A DNA stretch of 63,774 nucleotides, filler included, from 5 parts of 5 records of this genome joined end to end with filler, not necessarily neighbours in it; one strand, 5' to 3'. Numbered from the whole stretch's first letter, positions 10,516 through 19,715 are shown. Translations and numbers: made by a program. Notes: a model not told the origin generated them from the letters alone.

Positions 10516-11381
10516 GCGGCGTCCGATTTGACCTCTTTTAGGGCTTCTTCCAACTCGGAAAAACTTGGTCGGCAATGGCCAGGTGTATTTTGGCGTCCAA
10601 CCTCGATACAGATATTCGTGGCATGGTTGTGAAGGTTCGCAACAAGCACTTCTCTGATGAGTTGGTAAAAATGTCCGTCTTCCTCGATGACATCCTTCAT
10701 TTTTGCCGAGAAGGGCCCAACCAGACCATAGGCCAGAAACACCCCCAGGAATGTTCCAACGAGGGCCCCGCCAATCATTTTGCCCAAGATTTCTGGCGGC
10801 TGGTCAATGGACGCCATCGTTTTGATAACGCCAAGCACGGCGGCGACGATCCCAAGCGCGGGAAGCCCGTCACCGATCGCCGCCATCGCGTGGGACGAAT
10901 GAAGGGCGTGATGCAAATTCGCCTCAAGACGCTTTTCAAGTACCTCCTCAACTTGATGCGGATCATCATAGTTCATGGAGGCCGAGCGCAAAGTGTCGCA
11001 GATCAGAGCGACCGCTTCTTTGTCACTCAAAATTTTGGGGTATTTCGTAAATATCGAAGAGTTTTCAGGCGCTTCGATATGTTCCTCAAGCCCGACCGGG
11101 TTCTGTCTTGCCAGCCGGATCAATTCGAACAAGAGACACAGCAGGTCTTTGTAATCTTCATGCTTCCACTTTGGACCTTTGAAAACTTTCCCCATATCCT
11201 TCAGCGTATGTTTGATGCCGGATATGTCATTGGAAATCACAAAAGCCCCCGCAGCGGCACCACCGATCATCATGAACTCAAAGGGCAACGATTTGAGAAT
11301 AATGCCAAGCTTGCCGCCCGCGGCAATATAGCCGCCGAACACCATGATAAAGATCAGCAAAATTCCAACAATACCGATCAT
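10512..11381 (-). CDS. motA: Flagellar stator protein MotA
   Basis: PALGIVAAVLGVI and GGALVGTFLGVFLAYG motifs. Confidence 0.96.
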   Translation of the reverse strand: MIGIVGILLIFIMVFGGYIAAGGKLGIILKSLPFEFMMIGGAAAGAFVISNDISGIKHTLKDMGKVFKGPKWKHEDYKDLLCLLFELIRLARQNPVGLEEHIEAPENSSIFTKYPKILSDKEAVALICDTLRSASMNYDDPHQVEEVLEKRLEANLHHALHSSHAMAAIGDGLPALGIVAAVLGVIKTMASIDQPPEILGKMIGGALVGTFLGVFLAYGLVGPFSAKMKDVIEEDGHFYQLIREVLVANLHNHATNICIEVGRQNTPGHCRPSFSELEEALKEVKSDAA

Positions 11382-11457
11382 ATTTTATGTCCTTAGTCTA
11401 GAATCCAGGTGAGATAACCCTGTCACAAACCTCTTAAAAAAGTCTGTCAAATGCATC

Positions 11458-12087
11458 TTATTCACTTGGGGCATTGGCATTTCTGCCCGCCAAAATGACA
11501 GAAATTGTGTAGGCTGTTTCCGGCTTAAGCCCCGCCATCACGGCACCGGCCGCGTCTGGACGCATACGCCCCAAGAAACCCGCAGCAAAATCGGGCGACA
11601 TCGCCTCAAACAACGCTGCCGCTTCTTTGGGTTTCATCGATTCGTAGACGGTTGTGAGCTTTGCCAAGTCATCCTCAGCCGCAGATTGTGATCGGACCAT
11701 GGTCGCTTCAAGACGCGCTTCCGCTTGTTCTAAAACGCCCATGCTTTCCAGAACTTCAGCTTTCGCGACATCGATTTCTTTCATTTTTTGAGCGACCAAT
11801 AGCTCTTTTTCCTTAACACTCTTTTCACGCTTTAGAAGTACCGCAATCAGCGCCTGAGTTTCCTCATCGGTTTGACAAGCAACCGGAGCAGCCGCCCCAT
11901 GCGATTCTGTTCCCACATCATGCGCTAGATCCGAAACCTCCCGTGCAATTGCAGCCCCGGTGCCCGACGCCAAACGCACCACAGCGGAGGTCAAAAAAAC
12001 CAACGCGATGATCCAAAGAGCCCCACGCCCTGAGCGAATTTTGCGTTTGGGCGTCTTGCCTTTCGCCTTTGTTTTGGGCGCTTTCAT
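11458..12087 (-). CDS. MotE/MgtE-N-family flagellar motility protein
   Basis: Coiled coil followed by VYESMKPKEAAALFEAM repeat typical of the MotE/FlbB family. Confidence 0.75.
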   Translation of the reverse strand: MKAPKTKAKGKTPKRKIRSGRGALWIIALVFLTSAVVRLASGTGAAIAREVSDLAHDVGTESHGAAAPVACQTDEETQALIAVLLKREKSVKEKELLVAQKMKEIDVAKAEVLESMGVLEQAEARLEATMVRSQSAAEDDLAKLTTVYESMKPKEAAALFEAMSPDFAAGFLGRMRPDAAGAVMAGLKPETAYTISVILAGRNANAPSE

Positions 12088-12491
12088 TCTGCGGCCTCCA
12101 CGCGTGTTCTTTGACTCAAAAACAAGGTTTCGCCTTCAATGTTGCCATCTGCCGAACCAGGCCGCGGAGCAACGGACGAAACCACGGTTGGACCAGCTTT
12201 CGGGGCTTCGGGCAAATCATGCATGGAGGCGACCAACAGTTCGAGACGACGCGACACATCCTCAGCGCGCGATGTGAGGTCTTCGAGTTTCACCGCAGAC
12301 CCCGCCGCTGTTTTTTGTGCTTTAATCAATGTTTTGGTCATATCATCCACCTGAGCGGACAAGACGGCAATCGCGCCACCAACACCTTTTTCAAGATCGG
12401 TAAACCGACTGAGCCGGCGAGCAAGAACCGCGCAATACACACCCACGGCGAAGGTCCCGGCGATCATCAAGATATCAGCAATCAGTTCCAT
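12084..12491 (-). CDS. Conserved hypothetical membrane-anchored coiled-coil protein
   Basis: N-terminal TM helix then coiled coil; coupled between fliL and the motE-like gene. Confidence 0.7.
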   Translation of the reverse strand: MELIADILMIAGTFAVGVYCAVLARRLSRFTDLEKGVGGAIAVLSAQVDDMTKTLIKAQKTAAGSAVKLEDLTSRAEDVSRRLELLVASMHDLPEAPKAGPTVVSSVAPRPGSADGNIEGETLFLSQRTRVEAAE

Positions 12492-12501
12492 ATCGGGCTC
12501 C

Positions 12502-13014
12502 TCAATTTACCACGAATTCCATGATGAGAACGTCCTTGATCCGTCCTTCACCCGCAACAATCTGCACCCGCCGCAAGATCTGCGACCGCAACCGCACCAA
12601 GGCAGAGGGATTTTCAAGTTCTGACACTTCAACCGCACGAAGATAGCCGTTCAAAATATCGACAACGCGGGGGAGAAGGGTGATCACCTCTTGCTCGTAC
12701 TGCAAAGGCACTTCCAATTGCGCCTGAAACCGCAGGTGGCGACCGCGCCCGGAGGTATCAATGAGATTGACGATCAAAGGCTCAACAGACACGAAGGCGA
12801 CGCTTGGCAAAAGCGCAAGTGGTTCCCCCTCCAATGCGCTCAATTGCTCTTCTTCATGCCCCCCTGCAGCGCCGAACAACATGCCTGAATAGACGGCGAA
12901 AAATCCCCCGCCGCCCAAAACCAACATCAGGACAACCCCCAGGATCAGGGGGAGTTTCGATTTTTTCTTTGGTTCTTCGTCGAGCTGTTCAGCGTCAGCC
13001 ATGGGTCCATCCAA
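12502..13014 (-). CDS. fliL: Flagellar basal body-associated protein FliL
   Basis: KKKSKLPLILG-TM, PLIVNL, LPRVVDILNGYLR, VLIMEFVVN. Confidence 0.9.
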   Translation of the reverse strand: MDGPMADAEQLDEEPKKKSKLPLILGVVLMLVLGGGGFFAVYSGMLFGAAGGHEEEQLSALEGEPLALLPSVAFVSVEPLIVNLIDTSGRGRHLRFQAQLEVPLQYEQEVITLLPRVVDILNGYLRAVEVSELENPSALVRLRSQILRRVQIVAGEGRIKDVLIMEFVVN

Positions 13015-13051
13015 AAATTTCTTTCTCGAATCCGTTTTATCCTGAAGTTAG

Positions 13052-13066
13052 CTAACCGATTGTTAA
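13052..13066. promoter_or_regulatory. CtrA-box-like site in the divergent fliL/fliF promoter
   Basis: CTAA-CCGATTG-TTAA, one mismatch to TTAA-N7-TTAA; CtrA controls flagellar genes in Rhodobacteraceae. Confidence 0.6.
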
Positions 13067-13129
13067 GGCTCATCAGACATTCCTTAAAACAGACGGGGGC
13101 AGAAGCCCGCACATCTAAGGAGTGACGTC

Positions 13130-14773
13130 TTGCAACAGATCCTCTCTGTTTGGTCCAACCTCGACCCGAAACGCCGGGTGGTTGTCATTGGCGCAACTGT
13201 GCTAATGTTCGCCGCGATTCTCGGGCTGTCTCGGATGGTGACCAAACCTTCCATGGCGCTTTTGTATTCCGGGCTCGAATCGAGTGCGGCCGGCGAGGTT
13301 GTGCAATCGCTTGAGGCGCAAGGCGTGGCCTATGAGATTCGCGGCGGCGCAATCTTTGTCCCCACGAATGCCCGAGATGAGTTGCGCATGACGCTTGCCT
13401 CCGAAGGGCTGCCTGCGAATTCAACCAGCGGATATGAATTGCTTGATTCCCTGTCGGGCTTTGGCACCACGTCACAGATGTTCGACGCGGCATATTGGCG
13501 TGCAAAAGAGGGCGAAATCGCGCGCACGATTGTCTCATCGCCACAAATTCGCTCTGCAAGAGTGCTGATCGCCAATCCCTCCTCGCAGCCCTTCAAACGC
13601 CAAATCGCGGCCTCGGCCTCCGTCACAATCATCACCACCAGCGGCGCCCTCTCCACGGATCAAGCCAAGGCGTTTCGTTATCTCGTCGCCTCTGCGGTCT
13701 CCGGCCTGGCCCCTGAGGACGTGTCGGTGATTGATGGTCGCTCCGGCGTGGTCGTATCAAGCGATGACGCCACAGCAGGGGCATCGTCCAGCACAGACCG
13801 CGCCGATGAACTGCGCCAGAATGTTCAGCGCTTGCTAGAGGCGCGCGTGGGCGTGGGCAAAGCCGTGGTTGAAGTGTCGCTCGAAACGGTGACCGATCAA
13901 GAATCCATTTTCGAACATCGATTCGACCCGGAAGGCCGCGTGGCCATCAGCTCGGAAACCGAAGAGCGTTCCAATTCTTCGCAGGATTCTGGCAATGGAT
14001 CTGTGACAGTCGCCTCCAACCTGCCCAATGGGACCAGTGCCGCAGGCGGTGATTCGAGTTCAAACAACAGCGAAACGCGTGAGCGCGTGAACTATGAGGT
14101 CTCGGAAACCCGCCGTGAAGTTCAACGTGGTCCAGGCGCGATCAAAAGACTGACGGTTGCTGTCTTGGTTGATGGAATCCGAACAGTTGATCCAAATACG
14201 GAGGAAACCATATGGACCCCGCGCAGCGAGGAGGAATTGGCCGCGTTGAGCGCCCTTGTGACCTCCGCCATCGGATTGGATGAGGCTCGTGGCGATCAGA
14301 TCACGATCAAAACGATGGAGTTCGAACCCCTCCTCATTGCAGGAACAGAGGCGCAGAGTTCACTGATTTCCGGGATCAACGTTGATCTGATGTCGATCAT
14401 CCAACTTGCGGTTTTGGCGGTTGTTTCGCTGGTTTTGGGTCTATTTGTGCTGCGTCCGATCCTGTCCAAACCCACTGCTTCTGCCCTTCCGGCCCCAACG
14501 GACTCCGCTGAGCGAAGCGGAATGGACAATATGCTGGCAACGATTCCCATGCCGGAGATGCCGCGCTCCAATGTGCCCGCGCTCAATGGGGAAATTGATG
14601 GCGGCTTTGAATTACCAACCCTTGGTGTGGTTTCAGATTTCGACTTTGGCGACGAAGAATTTGGCATTTCCAATGATCCGGTGAAGCGCCTGAAAAGACT
14701 GATCGAAGACCGTCAGGACGAAACGGTTGAAATCCTGCGTGGCTGGATGGAAGACACGGAGGAGAACGCCTGA
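13130..14773 (+). CDS. fliF: Flagellar MS-ring protein FliF
   Basis: Two TMs, GYELLD-FGTTSQMF, AKEGEIARTI, IKRLTVAVLVDG. Confidence 0.95.
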   Translation: MQQILSVWSNLDPKRRVVVIGATVLMFAAILGLSRMVTKPSMALLYSGLESSAAGEVVQSLEAQGVAYEIRGGAIFVPTNARDELRMTLASEGLPANSTSGYELLDSLSGFGTTSQMFDAAYWRAKEGEIARTIVSSPQIRSARVLIANPSSQPFKRQIAASASVTIITTSGALSTDQAKAFRYLVASAVSGLAPEDVSVIDGRSGVVVSSDDATAGASSSTDRADELRQNVQRLLEARVGVGKAVVEVSLETVTDQESIFEHRFDPEGRVAISSETEERSNSSQDSGNGSVTVASNLPNGTSAAGGDSSSNNSETRERVNYEVSETRREVQRGPGAIKRLTVAVLVDGIRTVDPNTEETIWTPRSEEELAALSALVTSAIGLDEARGDQITIKTMEFEPLLIAGTEAQSSLISGINVDLMSIIQLAVLAVVSLVLGLFVLRPILSKPTASALPAPTDSAERSGMDNMLATIPMPEMPRSNVPALNGEIDGGFELPTLGVVSDFDFGDEEFGISNDPVKRLKRLIEDRQDETVEILRGWMEDTEENA

Positions 14774-15408
14774 TGAAATCTCTTTTCCCGCTGGAAGATT
14801 TCGGTGCTACGCCTAAAAAAGCCCCGACCCGGCAGACCGCGCAAACGCCTGCACCTGCGGCTCCCCCTGCCGGACCCACTCCTGAGGAAATCGAAACCAA
14901 CCGGATGGCCGCCTACGAGCAAGGCTATAAGGCAGGATGGGATGACGCCGCAACGGCAGAAGCCGAAGATCAGGGTCGCATCGGTGCGGAATTTGCCCGT
15001 AATCTTCAGGACTTAGGCTTCACATTTCACGAAGCGCGATCGCACATCATGAAGGCTTTGGAACCGCTTTTGTCCGAAATGGTGGCGAAGGTTTTGCCAC
15101 AATTGGTGGCGGAAACTTTAGGTCAAACAATTTTGGAACATCTCCTCCCAATGGCCGAAGAGGCCTCGGATGCACCGATTCAAATTGTGATCTCTCCCGC
15201 ATCACGTCCGGCAATTCAGCGCCTCATTGACGAGTCGTTAACCTTTCCATTGGAAATCATTGAAGAACCCAGCCTCGCAGACGGGCAGGTCTATCTGCGC
15301 ATGGGAGAGCTGGAAAAAAGGATCGATATGGATGCGGCGGTCGACAAGATCGGCCAAGCCATCAACGCGGTCTATGCATTGAACGAGGAGGCCATGAAAC
15401 ATGGTTGA
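14773..15408 (+). CDS. fliH: FliH-like flagellar assembly protein
   Basis: AYEQGYKAGWDDA GxxxG repeat; downstream of fliF. Confidence 0.75.
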   Translation: MKSLFPLEDFGATPKKAPTRQTAQTPAPAAPPAGPTPEEIETNRMAAYEQGYKAGWDDAATAEAEDQGRIGAEFARNLQDLGFTFHEARSHIMKALEPLLSEMVAKVLPQLVAETLGQTILEHLLPMAEEASDAPIQIVISPASRPAIQRLIDESLTFPLEIIEEPSLADGQVYLRMGELEKRIDMDAAVDKIGQAINAVYALNEEAMKHG

Positions 15409-15679
15409 CGACAGCGACGACACCAATGCGCACCCGTTTTCACAGGTGCCGATTGAAATCATGATCTCCGTCGGAAAGGCGCGGCCTTTGGTCAAGGATT
15501 TGCTCAAACTTCAAAGCGACAGTATTCTGGCGCTGGACCGCACTGTGGACGACCCCGTCGAACTTTATGTCGGCGACAAGTTGATCGCCCGTGGTGAGTT
15601 GCAAGAACTCGACGGTGATCAAGCAGGCCAACTTGCGGTCCGCTTGACCGAAGTGGCCGATCTCAAGAACGGGCTGTGA
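15401..15679 (+). CDS. fliN: FliN/FliM C-terminal (SpoA) motor switch protein
   Basis: VPIEIMISVG, PVELYVGDKLIARGEL. Confidence 0.88.
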   Translation: MVDDSDDTNAHPFSQVPIEIMISVGKARPLVKDLLKLQSDSILALDRTVDDPVELYVGDKLIARGELQELDGDQAGQLAVRLTEVADLKNGL

Positions 15680-16419
15680 GGCTCATGCGGCGTTTTCTAC
15701 TGCCCGCGCTCATTCTTGGCTTGGCGCTTTATGCAGATACGGCGGTTGCACAGGACATCACCCTCAACCTTGGCGAGGATGGATCCCTTGCCACGCGGTC
15801 CATCCAAATCATGCTCTTGGTCACAGTGCTGAGCATTGTGCCCGGCATTGCCGTGACGTTGACCTGTTTCCCGTTCATCGTCACCGTTTTGTCCATCCTG
15901 CGTCAGGCGATTGGCCTACAGCAATCACCCCCAAACATGTTGATGGTCAGCCTCGCGATGTTTTTGACCTATTTCGTGATGGAGCCGGTGTTCATGGAAA
16001 GCTGGACCAACGGGGTCGAACCTTTTGTGAATGGCCAAGTCGAACTGGAACAGGCCTTCGCCCTTTCCGTCGATCCGTTTCGCGGCTTTATGTCAAACCG
16101 GATCGACCCAGATACTTTCTCGCAACTTCAAGAGTTGCGCATGGATTTGGGGGAAATCGACGGCGTCTCCCGCGACGCCCCCTTGTCGCTCTTGGTCCCG
16201 TCTTTCCTTTTGTCAGAAATAGAACGCGCCTTTCAAATCGGGTTTTTAATCTTTCTACCCTTCCTGATCATCGACCTCGTTGTCTCGGCAATTTTGATGT
16301 CGATGGGGATGATGATGGTGCCGCCTGCCATCGTCTCCTTGCCCTTTAAACTGGCGTTTTTCGTCGTCTCAGACGGATGGGCCCTGATTTCAAGCGCATT
16401 GGTGCGCAGCTATTTCTAG
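15676..16419 (+). CDS. fliP: Flagellar export protein FliP
   Basis: LRQAIGLQQSPPN, FLPFLIIDLVV, GMMMVPP. Confidence 0.96.
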   Translation: MRLMRRFLLPALILGLALYADTAVAQDITLNLGEDGSLATRSIQIMLLVTVLSIVPGIAVTLTCFPFIVTVLSILRQAIGLQQSPPNMLMVSLAMFLTYFVMEPVFMESWTNGVEPFVNGQVELEQAFALSVDPFRGFMSNRIDPDTFSQLQELRMDLGEIDGVSRDAPLSLLVPSFLLSEIERAFQIGFLIFLPFLIIDLVVSAILMSMGMMMVPPAIVSLPFKLAFFVVSDGWALISSALVRSYF

Positions 16420-16768
16420 CAGATGGAATGCGCCACCTCGACTGCACGCTCAGGCGGAACTCGACCACCGTTTCGGAAACGCCTGCCGTCATCCGCGATT
16501 TGCCACATAGTCCCAAAGTAGCCGCTTTCTTCGGCAAATGGTTTAAGTGTGCTCGGCATTGGCAAAGCCTAAGCAATACGTTTGATGAAATTGGGCGCGG
16601 CCAGCCCCATGACCTTTTGACGATTGCCCGATTTGATACGGCAATCCTTCCGACAATAGGCCACTGTATCGGCAGGGCAACAAGCTCCGGCGTATCAAGC
16701 GCGATCTCGCTTCGCCAGTTCACATGGGTCTGCCTGTCCCTTGCTGTTCATGTCGGGTGTTCGGCGTC

Positions 16769-16797
16769 TTGCGCCATCCCCCCGGGGAGGTTATTCC
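16769..16797 (+). promoter_or_regulatory. Putative promoter with CsoR/RcnR-type C-tract/G-tract operator
   Basis: TTGCGC-N17-TATTCC; the spacer carries ATCCCCCCGGGGAGGTTAT, resembling CsoR/RcnR/InrS operators; immediately upstream of the repressor gene. Confidence 0.55.
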
Positions 16798-16803
16798 TTG
16801 CAC

Positions 16804-17061
16804 ATGACAAACTCTCACACCCATACAAGCCACCCTAAGGTCGTATCCCGGCTGAAACGTGCCGAAGGGCATTTGCGTTCGGTCATTTCAATGATCGAAG
16901 ACGGGCGGCCCTGTCTGGATGTGGCGCAACAGTTGCAGGCCGTGGAAAGCGCGATCCGAAACGCCAAGCAAGCGTTGATCCATGATCACATGGATCACTG
17001 TCTGGACGCGGATGACAGCCAGGACCGGACGGAACTCAAAGCTATTTCCCGTTATCTCTAG
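16804..17061 (+). CDS. nreA: CsoR/RcnR-family metal-sensing repressor (NreA-like)
   Basis: His-rich N-terminus, RLKRAEGHL, CLDVAQQLQAV, HDHMDHC; start at ATG 16804. Confidence 0.85.
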   Translation: MTNSHTHTSHPKVVSRLKRAEGHLRSVISMIEDGRPCLDVAQQLQAVESAIRNAKQALIHDHMDHCLDADDSQDRTELKAISRYL

Positions 17062-17070
17062 AGGTTTCAG

Positions 17071-17250
17071 ATGTTCGACATCCTGTCCGACCGCACCTAT
17101 CGCCACCTGTTCCTTGCACAGGTGGTGGCGCTTTTGGGCACGGGACTGGCCACGGTCGCGCTTGGGCTTTTGGCCTATGATCTGGCGGGCGACGGGGCGG
17201 CGATGGTGCTGGGCACAGTGTTCACCATCAAGATGGTGGCCTATGTCGGC
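17071..17250 (+). CDS. nreB: MFS transporter, NreB-like (truncated by contig end)
   Basis: YRHLFLAQVVALLGTGLATVALGLLAYDLAG N-terminus, downstream of the nreA-like gene. Confidence 0.75.
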
Positions 17251-17350
17251 NNNNNNNNNNNNNNNNNNNNNNNNNNNNNNNNNNNNNNNNNNNNTTAATT
17301 AATTAANNNNNNNNNNNNNNNNNNNNNNNNNNNNNNNNNNNNNNNNNNNN
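17251..17350. other. Artificial contig linker
   Basis: 44 N + TTAATTAATTAA (stops in all six frames) + 44 N. Confidence 0.98.
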
Positions 17351-17392
17351 ACGTTTTCCGCAACGAAACCATAACCAAGAACGTTAGGCTTA
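17351..17392 (+). repeat. attC-like cassette site 1 (right half; cut by contig start)
   Basis: ACGTTTTCCGCAACGAAACCATAACCAAGAACGTTAGGCTTA, same right-arm consensus as sites 2-4. Confidence 0.75.
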
Positions 17393-17410
17393 ATTTGACA
17401 AAAATCCCGA

Positions 17411-18028
17411 ATGAATGAAAAATTGATAAGTACAATTCGAATTATCGGACAATTGATTTCTGTTTCAATTTTCGGATTAGTTGGTAGTTTATTATTTCAT
17501 TTTAGAATACCAGGAAACGAAACCTATACTGATAATGACGCTGGACCTTTAGCATTAGTGTATGGAATATTCATTTTTATTGGAATTGGACTATTAATAA
17601 ACTCTTTGATTTTAAGACAAAAAAACCATTGGAAAAAATACCGAATTGGAGTATTGATTTTTGTGGTTGGATTTGGATTAGCTGTTTTCATACCTCGAAA
17701 AATAATCAAATGGACTTATTTAGGCGGAAAAGAAATGGAATTTACTAGCATTGAAAATCCTGATTTCATTTGGGTGCAACTTGAACTTTATAAAAACAAT
17801 TACTTTTTGTGTTCTACCTCTTACGGTGGAGAAATGACAATTGAAAATCTAGGTGAATACGAAATAAAGAATAATAATCTTAAATTATCATTTAAAAACG
17901 AGACATCTGAACACGTTAAAAAGTTTTATAAAACATTATCTGAAAATATTGGAACAAATTATAGAATATCTAATGACACTCTGATATGTATGGATTGTGA
18001 AAAAGAAATAAAACTAAAAAAAAACTAA
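17411..18028 (+). CDS. Cassette 1: hypothetical membrane protein (3 TM plus soluble C-terminal domain)
   Basis: 205 aa ORF bracketed by GTTAGGCTTA (17383) and its reverse complement TAAGCCTAAC (18026). Confidence 0.8.
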   Translation: MNEKLISTIRIIGQLISVSIFGLVGSLLFHFRIPGNETYTDNDAGPLALVYGIFIFIGIGLLINSLILRQKNHWKKYRIGVLIFVVGFGLAVFIPRKIIKWTYLGGKEMEFTSIENPDFIWVQLELYKNNYFLCSTSYGGEMTIENLGEYEIKNNNLKLSFKNETSEHVKKFYKTLSENIGTNYRISNDTLICMDCEKEIKLKKN

Positions 18029-18174
18029 GCCTAACACCGCCTATAGTTAATTGCTGCGGTAATCTTCACAATTTATTTGGGCAACTTTGCTATCTTTAAG
18101 TTTGGTAAAATCCCGATAACTATCGGGACTCGCAGACGTTTTCCACAAAGAAACTAAACACAAACCCGTTAACC
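18029..18174 (+). repeat. attC-like cassette site 2
   Basis: GCCTAAC...TATAGTTAATTGC left arm, ...CAAAGAAACTAAACACAAACCCGTTAACC right arm; interior homologous to site 4. Confidence 0.75.
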
Positions 18175-18180
18175 TTTCCT

Positions 18181-19056
18181 ATGAAAATACTATTAGTCTT
18201 AATGTTACTGACTTTAATGGGTTGCCAAAGTAAAAATTACGATTTAGCGTATGTAACTGACCGAGACAACACATTGGATATTTGTATTACAAATTCTGAA
18301 AACAAAGAAATAATTAATTTAACCAATTCTGATATTACTGAATACAACCTTACTTGGTCCAAAGATGGGACGGAAATCTTTTATACAAGCTATGAAAAAA
18401 CTGGACGAAAGGTTAAGAGTGTAAATGTTTCTGATAAATCTATAAAAGTTTTCATTAATGATTCAACAATACAATCTGTTAATGATGTTTCAAAGGACAA
18501 TGAACGAATGATAATTTCATCGAGTGAACATCACAAAAAAGGAGAACTCTATCTATATGATATTCCAACTAATTCCAAAATACGCATAACAAACAACGAA
18601 TTTTATGAAGCTGGTGCTAAATTTTCGCCTGATGAAAAAACGGTTGTAGTTAGTATTCAGACCAAAGCAAGTGATTCAATAAATCATTCTGGTACTGCGG
18701 AAATTTTTGAAATAAAATTATCCGATCTGTCACTTAATAGATTAACTGATTTAGAAGGATTTAATGCACTACCTGAATATTCACCTGATGGAGAATTAAT
18801 CACCTTCCATCATTGTGACAATGGAAAGTGCGATATCATGATGATGGAATTAGACGGTTTGAATCTGGTGAACTTAACGAATGGAAAAGATGACAACCGC
18901 TGGCCTCGATGGTCCCCAGATGGGAAATGGATCTCTTTTACCAAAACGATCGATAATAATTCTGATATCTATTTTATTTCTAAAGATGGTAAAAGAGTAA
19001 AGCCTATTATCACTACCGAATTTAGAGACGAAATAGCAATATTTAAACCAAAATAG
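18181..19056 (+). CDS. Cassette 2: TolB-like beta-propeller lipoprotein (PD40 repeats)
   Basis: Lipobox LMGC; WSKDG, FSPDE, YSPDG, WSPDG repeats. Confidence 0.85.
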   Translation: MKILLVLMLLTLMGCQSKNYDLAYVTDRDNTLDICITNSENKEIINLTNSDITEYNLTWSKDGTEIFYTSYEKTGRKVKSVNVSDKSIKVFINDSTIQSVNDVSKDNERMIISSSEHHKKGELYLYDIPTNSKIRITNNEFYEAGAKFSPDEKTVVVSIQTKASDSINHSGTAEIFEIKLSDLSLNRLTDLEGFNALPEYSPDGELITFHHCDNGKCDIMMMELDGLNLVNLTNGKDDNRWPRWSPDGKWISFTKTIDNNSDIYFISKDGKRVKPIITTEFRDEIAIFKPK

Positions 19057-19063
19057 AATAACA

Positions 19064-19171
19064 GGCTAACTACGTGTATAGCTCATTGCAGTGAAATTTA
19101 CCATCTTTAATTCGTTGCGGAACAATACAGAAAACCATCAGCAACGAAACCATACCCCAAGACCGTTGTAA
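19064..19171 (+). repeat. attC-like cassette site 3
   Basis: GGCTAAC...TATAGCTCATTGC / GCAACGAAACCATACCCCAAGACCGTTGTAA imperfect inverted arms. Confidence 0.78.
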
Positions 19172-19183
19172 AACATTCAAGAA

Positions 19184-19570
19184 ATGAATTTTAGCAAATT
19201 AATCATATTACTTCTTCTAATTGAATCCTTTAGCCTTTCTGCTCAAGAAAAGTTAGAAATTGGACAGCATATTTATAAAGACAAACTTACTTTCATTTCC
19301 TTAAACCTAAACAACGAGTTCGAGTATCTAAAGTATTATAATTGGTCTCCTTTGACCATTGAGGAAAAACGAAAAGCTGAAAAAAATGAAAATCAATCCT
19401 ACGGAACAATCGGGTATGTTTCAGGTGCTAAAGGAAAAGGAAATTATGAACTAAAAGATGGAAAACTAATTTTAAAATTTTCGGAATTTAAGAAGTATAT
19501 GGATAATAAAACCGACTTTAATGCTGAAACTAAAACAATGGTATTTATCATTTCGGAATTTATTAAATAA
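19184..19570 (+). CDS. Cassette 3: secreted hypothetical protein
   Basis: Signal peptide ending SLSA-Q; bracketed by GTTGTAAAA (19165) and TTTTACAAC (19577). Confidence 0.8.
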   Translation: MNFSKLIILLLLIESFSLSAQEKLEIGQHIYKDKLTFISLNLNNEFEYLKYYNWSPLTIEEKRKAEKNENQSYGTIGYVSGAKGKGNYELKDGKLILKFSEFKKYMDNKTDFNAETKTMVFIISEFIK

Positions 19571-19578
19571 AAGACTTT

Positions 19579-19710
19579 TTACAACACCAGCCATATTTCA
19601 TTGCTGCAGCGATCCTCACCCTTTATTTGAGCAACTTTTCTATCTTTAGGTTTATCGTAAATGTCCTGCGGACGTTTTCCGCAAAGAAACCATAGCCAAG
19701 ACCGTTGTAA
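19579..19710 (+). repeat. attC-like cassette site 4
   Basis: TTACAAC...CATATTTCATTGC / GCAAAGAAACCATAGCCAAGACCGTTGTAA. Confidence 0.78.
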
Positions 19711-19715
19711 TACAT

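Noticed and set aside
3005-15679. Two fliL paralogues and no fliG between fliF and fliH
   Set aside because: Consistent with the usual layout of Rhodobacteraceae flagellar clusters; not novel.
79-16838. Many long overlapping or antisense ORFs in the flagellar region (e.g. 6410-7294, 10575-11396, 16346-16723, 16377-16838)
   Set aside because: Shadow ORFs expected in GC-rich coding DNA; no recognisable motifs.
17295-17306. TTAATTAATTAA palindrome repeated four times in the window
   Set aside because: Always centred in N runs; a synthetic six-frame stop linker, not a biological repeat.
18029-19710. Intergenic repeats as simple terminators or ordinary REPs
   Set aside because: They lack GC stem plus U-tract structure, and this would not explain the gene-specific GTT/AAC end complementarity.
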